IMG/VR virus record: IMGVR_UViG_3300035148_000427
Location: 1-26,589 of that record
DNA: 26,589 nucleotides
Direction: 5' to 3' (one strand)
Source of the DNA: a virus
Taxonomy: Duplodnaviria > Caudoviricetes
Shown: positions 16,199 to 22,917 of the stretch, in pieces
Numbering within the stretch: the stretch's first letter is position 1
How the letters are laid out: every line of letters begins with the position of its first letter
Notes under the pieces: generated by a model
Databases searched by the model: none
What the model saw: only the letters and a program-made list of their open reading frames with translations
What the model was told of the DNA's origin: nothing
Translations under genes and position numbers: made by a program

Positions 16199-16587
16199 CA
16201 TTGGACCTTCATGGCAAAGCCCGCCCATTGGTACATCGCCTCCAGTTTTCCTCTGAAGTGCGCGTCGAAAATGGGCTTGAGGGGTTTTCCGTCCACATGG
16301 GTCACTTCGGCCATTTGGTCGATAATGCGGCGCAAGGTGGCCTTGTCGATGCCGCCAAAAAGGGCGGACGCCGCCCTGGAGAAAAACGCGGTATCGAGTT
16401 CCATCTCAGGCAAAGGCTTTTTGTTGCCCGTGGCACTTGAGAGGAAAACATCGAACACCGGCCCCAGGGCGGGTCCGACCATCTTTGCCACATCCATCAG
16501 ACTGTCGTGTGATGCGAGTGGCGGCAGCATGTAGACGGTGTACTTGTGCCCGTCTAGCTCCAAGGTTTCACCGTCCATTTGCGACAT
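16108..16587 (-). CDS. Tail assembly chaperone (gpG-like)
   Basis: 159 aa between tube and TMP; GGAGG RBS; contains the slippery heptamer. Confidence 0.85.
   Translation of the reverse strand: MSQMDGETLELDGHKYTVYMLPPLASHDSLMDVAKMVGPALGPVFDVFLSSATGNKKPLPEMELDTAFFSRAASALFGGIDKATLRRIIDQMAEVTHVDGKPLKPIFDAHFRGKLEAMYQWAGFAMKVQWGKSLSALVNAVRNRGAQVMGAAPSPSQAT
16192..16198 (-). promoter_or_regulatory. Programmed -1 ribosomal frameshift site GGGAAAG
   Basis: In-frame TGG GGA AAG (W130-G131-K132); same heptamer and phase as the lambda G-T site; the -1 frame is open to 15944. Confidence 0.85.
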
Positions 16588-17015
16588 CAGTTACCTCCGT
16601 GGAATTGGATGAGGTTGTCCGTTTCAATGACCCACTCACGGCTCTCGGCTTCGCGGCCAAAAGCTGCGGCGGGCGGCTTCACAATCCACGCCTTCTCAGC
16701 GGTGTAGATGGACCGACCGGAGTTGTCCTTGATGAGCAACGGGCCGATTCCATCGCCGTTGGGGGTGTTGATGTCCACGTTGTGAACGGCGGAAAGCAGG
16801 TCGTTTGCCATGCTCCACTGTCCAAGCGTGAACGTCACGCGCCCACTTCGGTTGTTGGATTTGGCGCGGCAGCCTTCGCCGTCTGAGCCGATGGTCAGCG
16901 TGAAGCTGTCCTCGTTCTGCTCGACGTTCAGGAAAGTTCCATCAGCGTAGCCGTTGATGGGAATTCCCGCGAAAACAACCGCAACTTGGGACGGGTCATA
17001 GGTATGTAGTGCCAT
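16587..17015 (-). CDS. Tail tube protein (DUF3277-like)
   Basis: TYDP..V...F.G..I.GYADG.F, G.DGE.......N.SG..T..L.Q.S..N..L, A.I.KP....FG.E...REW motifs; AAGGAGG RBS. Confidence 0.9.
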   Translation of the reverse strand: MALHTYDPSQVAVVFAGIPINGYADGTFLNVEQNEDSFTLTIGSDGEGCRAKSNNRSGRVTFTLGQWSMANDLLSAVHNVDINTPNGDGIGPLLIKDNSGRSIYTAEKAWIVKPPAAAFGREAESREWVIETDNLIQFHGGN

Positions 17016-17027
17016 GGTGGTCCTCCT

Positions 17028-18350
17028 TTACACCGAAACTGTGCCGGTCACGATGACCTTGTGAATCGCTCCTGCCAACGTACCCTCAAACTTCACATCT
17101 GGGAGCAGGCGCATCGCCTTGTCCGTGAAGGGAACGTCTGCGACCAGAGGCACACTCACGGTGGGTTCTGGAGTCGCGGCAAGGATGCCTTGGTTGATAG
17201 AAAGGCGCAGCACGGCCCGCACCTCAGCCTCCACGATGCCCACACCCTGGTCGGTGTAGGGAATCTTGTCGGCGTTGGCGAGTCGAGCGTAGATGTACTC
17301 TTGCAACCGCGCCCGCATGAAGTCGATGGATTGGGTGATGTCGATGAACTCGCCAGCCCCGGTCACGCCCTGCTGAGTGATGGCGATTCCCGCCACCTCA
17401 GTGTAGTGATTGCAGGACTTGCCTTCGATGACACCCACTTCCGTTTCGGTAAGGTCAACGTAGTCAACCCCGCCGAGTGTTTTGAACTTCCAGGTGATGC
17501 TGCCGGGGTCCTTGGGCAAACATTTTCCGGTCCAAGCTGCACCAGGAAACTGCACCAAAGACTTCGGGTGGTACATCAAGAAAGTTCTGGCGTAGCCGCC
17601 GATTTGCAGCGCGGAGGCCACGTCATCAGTCACCAGCGCGTCGTAGATACCATCGTCGGCGCTTGAGACTCCCATAATCTTGTACAGCGACTCGACGTAG
17701 GCCGCCGCTGCCAAGATGCAAGGCTTGCTCAAATTGGTGAGGCAAACGCAGTACCACTCGTCGTTCACCTCGCGCACCGCCGTGATGTCGTGAACGATGC
17801 CGTTGGGCGAACCGTCCGCCGTGATGTTCTCCTGGTGGAGAATCCCACGCTCAACCACCTCGAACCTGAAAGCATCGGCGACGGTGTTTGCCTCAATCGT
17901 GAGTTCGGTTGCGGTAGCAACCGTGGTCACGGGCTTGGCAAGCGCGTCGATGGCAGTCTTGAGTCCTGCGGTGATTTCCGCCACGGTCGGAGTAGCGTCC
18001 GTCGTGAAGGTTGCGGTCACACCGTCAACGACCACCTTGTAGGCGTAGGTCGCCTTGAGATTGGTCGCCACAGGAGTCACTTCAATCTTCTGCTTGACGG
18101 TGTTCCGCTCGCGGCCCACGATGACCTTGGTGGGCTTGGGGTTTTGAGACAGCAACGCCTGCACAGCGAGGACAGCGGGGTGGTCAGGCGCAAAGCCGTC
18201 TGACACCATCGCGTCCACTGAAGTGTAGGTGCGTGCCAACTCGGTAAAAACTGTGTGATAGGCCATCACCAGAGGCGTGCCGAAACCAACTCGGCTCGGC
18301 GCAGTCGTCTGTGCTGTGATGGTGACTTGTACGATGTCACTGAGACTCAT
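17028..18350 (-). CDS. Tail sheath protein (DUF3383-like)
   Basis: L.DIV.V.I.......GFG..L, Q.P.P.....GR, PGS.TWKFK.L.GV, GEFID.....D.....LQ, KIPYTD.G, LAGAIH.V...G motifs; GGAGG RBS. Confidence 0.92.
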   Translation of the reverse strand: MSLSDIVQVTITAQTTAPSRVGFGTPLVMAYHTVFTELARTYTSVDAMVSDGFAPDHPAVLAVQALLSQNPKPTKVIVGRERNTVKQKIEVTPVATNLKATYAYKVVVDGVTATFTTDATPTVAEITAGLKTAIDALAKPVTTVATATELTIEANTVADAFRFEVVERGILHQENITADGSPNGIVHDITAVREVNDEWYCVCLTNLSKPCILAAAAYVESLYKIMGVSSADDGIYDALVTDDVASALQIGGYARTFLMYHPKSLVQFPGAAWTGKCLPKDPGSITWKFKTLGGVDYVDLTETEVGVIEGKSCNHYTEVAGIAITQQGVTGAGEFIDITQSIDFMRARLQEYIYARLANADKIPYTDQGVGIVEAEVRAVLRLSINQGILAATPEPTVSVPLVADVPFTDKAMRLLPDVKFEGTLAGAIHKVIVTGTVSV

Positions 18351-18922
18351 GGTGTTCCTCCGAATTCTTGGTCAATGCCGAAGGTTTCAGATTCAGCATG
18401 GACTCGTTCAATGTAGGTGGCGAACTCGGTCAGAGACAGAGTTGCGCCAAACGTCACGTCCAAGTTGGCACGCGACACATAGGCATCCTCAATCAACTCG
18501 TCGATGTTCTGCACTTCGCCCGGTCGCACGATTGAGATGCCAGCAGCTCGGAGAACCGCCAATACGCTTGGGAGCGAGAGCGTGGATTGCGCTCGTGCCG
18601 CATAAACAGCGGCATTGACGTTCGGGTTCCTGGCGTCAGTCATGCAAACATAGACTTGGCAAGACACAACGATTGAGCAGGGAACGCCAACGTCCATTTG
18701 GATTTCTTGCCCTTGCGGACGAGAAAGGTTGGTGGATGTTCGCAATTCCCACTGAGGGGCTTTGGGTGTCGGCCCAACAGTTCGCATCAAGGCAGCAAAG
18801 GGGTAGGGCGGCATCGGGGCAGATTGGCGACGCCAAATGGTTTGCAGACCAGTAGCGTTTTTGAACCACCCTTGGATGGTGTTGTCAAACGCCTCAAGGT
18901 CTATCGCCACATCAAACGTCAC
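18347..18922 (-). CDS. Neck/tail terminator protein
   Basis: 191 aa immediately before the sheath; W..Q..P.P..PF and E....RA..D..F pattern. Confidence 0.75.
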   Translation of the reverse strand: MTFDVAIDLEAFDNTIQGWFKNATGLQTIWRRQSAPMPPYPFAALMRTVGPTPKAPQWELRTSTNLSRPQGQEIQMDVGVPCSIVVSCQVYVCMTDARNPNVNAAVYAARAQSTLSLPSVLAVLRAAGISIVRPGEVQNIDELIEDAYVSRANLDVTFGATLSLTEFATYIERVHAESETFGIDQEFGGTP

Positions 18923-19280
18923 TCTTGACCTCCAAAGCCACCGCTTTGTAGTAGCCTCCTTCAGACCAATCTTCGGTGAACTCGACCTCGTAGGTCATGC
19001 CGTGCCACAAAATGCGGTCAGGCTGCTTTTGTTCCTTTTCCGAAGCGGTGTGAAGCGGCTCCACAGAGTAGATTTTGATTGCGCCCTTGGTGCGCCGCCC
19101 CTCATCAACGCGCACCAATTCGTGAGGTCGAGCAGGTTGGACGACCGCTCGGATTTCTATTTCCTCTGCGGGACGTTCCATCCATCGCCCTTGCTCATCG
19201 TAGGCTCCTGACGGTTTCCGGTACACCTTCACCGAGGAAGCCATCTCAAGGACTGCGCTTGTCATGCAGCAATCCATCAA
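18912..19280 (-). CDS. Head closure / head-tail joining protein
   Basis: 122 aa; G.YD..GRW, I.A.VQP, EG.R......IY....L, D.I.W.G..YEV....W motifs. Confidence 0.8.
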   Translation of the reverse strand: MMDCCMTSAVLEMASSVKVYRKPSGAYDEQGRWMERPAEEIEIRAVVQPARPHELVRVDEGRRTKGAIKIYSVEPLHTASEKEQKQPDRILWHGMTYEVEFTEDWSEGGYYKAVALEVKSDV

Positions 19281-19771
19281 CCGCCTCCCTTGGCCTTCGC
19301 CGCATCGACAACGACCGCGCTGATGGAATCCATCAAGCGGCCTGTGTCCCAGAGCGGCGTCGAGTCGCCCCCACGCCTTTCGACTGTCGATTCGGCGAGC
19401 GGAGGCGGAATACCGGACTTGACGGCGGCGTAGATGTCGGCTCGAAATTCCTCGCCGAGCACCAAAAGCTCGCCCTCTATCTTCGCACCTTCTAGGCCCG
19501 CGCCTGCAATCCTAGCAAGCTCGTCCTCGTACTTTTTCACGTTCGCATCGAAGGTGCTTCCGATGAATGAACGCGGCGGGATGCGCCCGTCCGTTGTGCC
19601 GAACTCGTGAATAGCGCCCAACTCAGCGTTGGTCATCCCGTCGTGGTCGCCCATCGCGGCGTCGCCTTGAATACCGACCGAGGCGGCTTTACCGCCCAGA
19701 CCACCCTTCGCAGCCAACGAGCGAATTCGGTCCCATCCCTTGTCCTCTACTTTCACCTTGGACTTTGCCAT
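19277..19771 (-). CDS. Neck/tail completion protein (HK97 gp10-like position)
   Basis: Start moved to ATG 19771 (MAKSKV, GAGG RBS); VGI, A..GAIHEFGT...IP.RSF, PPLA.ST...G...PL.DTG.L..SI motifs. Confidence 0.8.
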   Translation of the reverse strand: MAKSKVKVEDKGWDRIRSLAAKGGLGGKAASVGIQGDAAMGDHDGMTNAELGAIHEFGTTDGRIPPRSFIGSTFDANVKKYEDELARIAGAGLEGAKIEGELLVLGEEFRADIYAAVKSGIPPPLAESTVERRGGDSTPLWDTGRLMDSISAVVVDAAKAKGGG

Positions 19772-19772
19772 C

Positions 19773-20237
19773 TCATTCCTCGTGGTGGTCGTAGTTGTAA
19801 GGGAGTCCTCCGAATTCAGACGGGCCTCCGGGTATGTCATCCATTCCCTTCTGGAAAGAAGGTTGAACGGCATCGGTGTCGTTGGCGAGAGTTTCCTTTT
19901 GGCTTATGCTCAAGCCGCCAAAACTAGGCAGCGCAAGCGCCGCAAGGTCACTGGAGTCGTTGTCACGAAGTTCTTTGGCTCGTTCTCGAAACGCTTTCGA
20001 GATGTCGCCGCAGTTTTTCGACACGTCTCCCACGCGCACGGTCGCGAGGCGTCCGTAGCGGGCTGCGATTGCCTCACAGCAAACCGCAGCCGCTACGGTG
20101 ATAGTAGATTGGCTCGACAGCGCCCAGGCGATTTCCTCGTCTTGAACCAGTGGGCAGTTCCGGTCGGTATCACCGACAAGGAACCGCACTTTGTCGCGGT
20201 CATTCGAGTCTGGCCTGCCACTGTAATTCCAACCCAT
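19773..20237 (-). CDS. Head-tail adaptor/connector protein
   Basis: W.YSG.P.....D.VRFLVGDTD......DEEI...L......AA...E.IAA pattern; position after MCP. Confidence 0.8.
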   Translation of the reverse strand: MGWNYSGRPDSNDRDKVRFLVGDTDRNCPLVQDEEIAWALSSQSTITVAAAVCCEAIAARYGRLATVRVGDVSKNCGDISKAFRERAKELRDNDSSDLAALALPSFGGLSISQKETLANDTDAVQPSFQKGMDDIPGGPSEFGGLPYNYDHHEE

Positions 20238-20239
20238 CG

Positions 20240-20554
20240 TCAGCCTCGTTTCTTCTTTTTCTTCTTTCCGAACAAGCCTGCTTCCTCCGCTTCGGTTTGG
20301 CCGTCAACCTCTGCTTTCACAGCGGCGACAACCCCGCCTGGCGGTGTAAGGTCAGCCCGTTCGGTTTTCTTTTCGTCCACCTTGGCCGACCCAGGCGAAC
20401 CCGTGGGGCGGTCCAGGTGTCGAATGAACCCGGACCGTTCCCACGATTTCACATTTTCCCAAGTTTCGGCTTCGGGGACGGGGTCGCCTGGAACCACCTC
20501 AACGTAGCCCGCGCCACGTTTGATGGTCATAGATTTAGCAGCTACCCATCCCAT
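20240..20554 (-). CDS. Small hypothetical protein after MCP with a poly-Lys tail
   Basis: 104 aa, AAGGAGG RBS, ends GKKKKKKRG. Confidence 0.7.
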   Translation of the reverse strand: MGWVAAKSMTIKRGAGYVEVVPGDPVPEAETWENVKSWERSGFIRHLDRPTGSPGSAKVDEKKTERADLTPPGGVVAAVKAEVDGQTEAEEAGLFGKKKKKKRG

Positions 20555-20583
20555 GTTGCCTCCTTTCGACTCACCGTTGGTGT

Positions 20584-21549
20584 TTAGGCGATGACGTTCT
20601 TGAAGTAGACGCCGAGTTCGTCGGCGACCAGCTTGTTGTCATACGCCATCTCACCTTCGATGCGGTCGCTGCGGAGGCTCTGCATACGGAACCGCAACAT
20701 GCGGAGGCCGTTTGCCGAAGCGCCCAGGTAGCCCGTCCACGAGAAGGTGTACCCGGCAGTCGGCATCATGAGCGAAGGACGCGGCGCTGCGTAGCAGAGC
20801 AACGCGCACTTCTGGAACATGAACCGAAGGTCGTCTACGGCCTTCTCAGCGGCGATGTTCTCAATCGCGCCAGCGATGAGAACTTCCTCGATGCCCAACA
20901 CCGACGCCAGCAGGTCGATGTTCACAATCTTCCGCTGGGTGATGGCGATGCGGTCGAGGAAATCGCCGTTGTCCTGCAAAATGGTCCACACGTCCTCGGC
21001 AAGCACCAGCTTGTTCGGACGGAAGCCCGTTTTGCGCTTCATGGCAGACATCTGCGCTCGGATGTCGGCGATGGGCTTGGAACCACCCGCGCTCCAGAGA
21101 GTGCTTGGGGTGATGTCGCCGCCCGTTGTCGAACCCTTCCACACGCCGTCCTTGAAGTATTTGGTCGCCCAATCCTTCTCGCGGCGCAGGAGCAGACCGC
21201 GCGTCACGAACTCGGTGCTTGCGGCATCGAGGTTGAGCGGCGCGTCCTGGTTGGCTCGCAGTTGGTCGTCGATGTCCTTGTGCAACGCTTTGACGTTGCA
21301 CTGGTACGTCGGCGTGCTGTCAACGTCGAACCCGCTGCCCACGGACTCTTGGCTCAACCCGCGCTCACGCGCTTCGGTTCTGAACCACTGGCCCTTGGGG
21401 AACGTGAAGTAGCGGTCAGACTGCTTCGCCACTGGCACGTTCGGGAACACCTTGTCAGCAATGAATTCGGTTTGGTCCTGAAGGAAAGCCACGCTGATGT
21501 TGGTCAGCGGTGCGTTCACATGGACATCACTGGGAGTTGGTTGCGGCAT
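20584..21549 (-). CDS. Major capsid protein (HK97 fold)
   Basis: 321 aa; HV.APLTNISVA.......FIAD.VFP.VPV.KQS..Y, L..E...A, W......PI.DI........TG..PN....., PT.GYTF.W, G..F..VI motifs; AAGGAGG RBS. Confidence 0.9.
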   Translation of the reverse strand: MPQPTPSDVHVNAPLTNISVAFLQDQTEFIADKVFPNVPVAKQSDRYFTFPKGQWFRTEARERGLSQESVGSGFDVDSTPTYQCNVKALHKDIDDQLRANQDAPLNLDAASTEFVTRGLLLRREKDWATKYFKDGVWKGSTTGGDITPSTLWSAGGSKPIADIRAQMSAMKRKTGFRPNKLVLAEDVWTILQDNGDFLDRIAITQRKIVNIDLLASVLGIEEVLIAGAIENIAAEKAVDDLRFMFQKCALLCYAAPRPSLMMPTAGYTFSWTGYLGASANGLRMLRFRMQSLRSDRIEGEMAYDNKLVADELGVYFKNVIA

Positions 21550-21562
21550 GATTCATTCCTCC

Positions 21563-21937
21563 TTATGGGGCCACGCCCGTGATGCCAAGGAACACGGAAA
21601 TGAGTTCGTTGGCTCCACTGGAACCCGTCAACGCCCGGCCACGAAACACCGTGCCCGAGGCAGCCAAGATTGCCTTGCCAGTTGCGTCTGAACCCACAAG
21701 GTCACCAGGGTTCACGACGCCGCCAGCAACGACCTTGCTCACACCCGCAGGCGCAAGCTCGACCGCTTGGTCGGCAACCGGTTTGTCTTGGATGACTCCA
21801 TCGCAAATCCCGCCCAAGGTGGTATTCACCTGGACCTTGCCGAGATTGTCGATGTAGCCGAAAAGAAACTGTGCGGAGCTGAGGTCAGCACCGGCCACCA
21901 GGCCAGGGATGACCAGCTTTGGAAGTTCAAATGCCAT
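21563..21937 (-). CDS. Capsid cement/decoration protein (DUF2190-like)
   Basis: 124 aa; AGADLS..QF, GV.Q.KP, GVSKV.AG.....GD.V.SDA.GKA.......G.AL......E.I.V motifs; AAGGAGG RBS. Confidence 0.8.
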   Translation of the reverse strand: MAFELPKLVIPGLVAGADLSSAQFLFGYIDNLGKVQVNTTLGGICDGVIQDKPVADQAVELAPAGVSKVVAGGVVNPGDLVGSDATGKAILAASGTVFRGRALTGSSGANELISVFLGITGVAP

Positions 21938-21948
21938 TTGTGGCCTCC

Positions 21949-22917
21949 TTACTCAACGCCCGCAGGCGAAAGTTGCTGTGGATGCTCCGACAAGTACCGC
22001 TGATAGAGGTCGGGGTGATTCTTCATCACCTGCGCCATGGCCTTCTCGCGGCTCATGGGCTTGTCCGACTTCTCAACGATGCCGTCAGCCATCTTGGTGA
22101 TTTGGTCCCAAGCCGACCCGCCCCCGCCGCCCATGTTCGGGTTGGTGGGGATTCCACCTTCGCTGAACATCGACGACTTCTTGATGGCGGCGCTTGCGGC
22201 CTTCATCTGCTCGAACTGCTTCTTGGCGAGTTCGGGGTTGATGTCGGCCAGACCCTTGAGCGTTTTGCCCATTTCCTCGGCAGACTGACCGGGGAAGTGG
22301 CTCAACTCAGTCTTGGCCTTCTCGACCCAAGACTCAAGTTCACGAGCGTCGCGCTCGGCCTTGAGCGACTTCTGAACCTCGTCGTTCTGCTTTCGCAGCG
22401 CTTCGAGTTCGTCTGTCTGGGCCTTGAAAAGCCCCTCAACGTCCTTGCGCACGTCCTCGGGCAACGACTCCAGACCCTTCTTGACCTTTTTCGAGGTCGC
22501 ATCCGGGTATCCGTACTCGTCGTCCTCTTCCGACTCGCCCTTCTTCTTGGTCTTCATCTTGTCCTTGCCGTTCATCATCTCATCTTCGGGCTTCTTTGCC
22601 TTTTCGGTGTAGCCCGCGATGCTTGCGAGTTTGGCAAGTACGTCCTTCGGCATCTCGTCCTTGAAAGCCTGAAGGATGCGCAGCGCGCCCTTCGCGGCCC
22701 CTTGGCCCTTGTCCGAAACCTTGGCTTCTTTGAGTACGGCGTCCAGCTCGGCCTCGCCGTCTGTCTCCGTCTCAAGGACAGCCTTCAGAATTTCCTGCAT
22801 GTCCATGGATTCCTCCGTTTTGAAGATGGGAAACCGCTTTTTACGGTTTGCCCCTCTGGTTACTAGGCTGACTTCGGCTGCCTTCAGACCAGTCAGCGCG
22901 GTCAACTCCTTGTTCAC
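21949..22917 (-). CDS. Scaffolding protein with an N-terminal protease-like EVSLV..GAN segment
   Basis: 322 aa, highly charged coiled coil between protease and capsid genes; GTGA overlap and AAGGAG RBS; C-terminal helix-turn-helix ending PDLYQRY. Confidence 0.8.
   Translation of the reverse strand: MNKELTALTGLKAAEVSLVTRGANRKKRFPIFKTEESMDMQEILKAVLETETDGEAELDAVLKEAKVSDKGQGAAKGALRILQAFKDEMPKDVLAKLASIAGYTEKAKKPEDEMMNGKDKMKTKKKGESEEDDEYGYPDATSKKVKKGLESLPEDVRKDVEGLFKAQTDELEALRKQNDEVQKSLKAERDARELESWVEKAKTELSHFPGQSAEEMGKTLKGLADINPELAKKQFEQMKAASAAIKKSSMFSEGGIPTNPNMGGGGGSAWDQITKMADGIVEKSDKPMSREKAMAQVMKNHPDLYQRYLSEHPQQLSPAGVE
22804..22816 (-). promoter_or_regulatory. Internal RBS (GGAGG) and in-frame ATG (Met38) in the scaffold gene
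   Basis: Minus strand GGAGG-AATCC-ATG-GAC-ATG, in frame with 21949..22917. Confidence 0.6.

Noticed and set aside
8678-18350. Tailocin, eCIS or T6SS interpretation
   Set aside because: Capsid, scaffold, protease and head-tail joining genes are present, so this is a head-bearing phage.
19772-19873. Longer 198-aa start for the neck gene
   Set aside because: Overlaps the adaptor gene by ~100 nt; ATG 19771 has an RBS and abuts the upstream stop.
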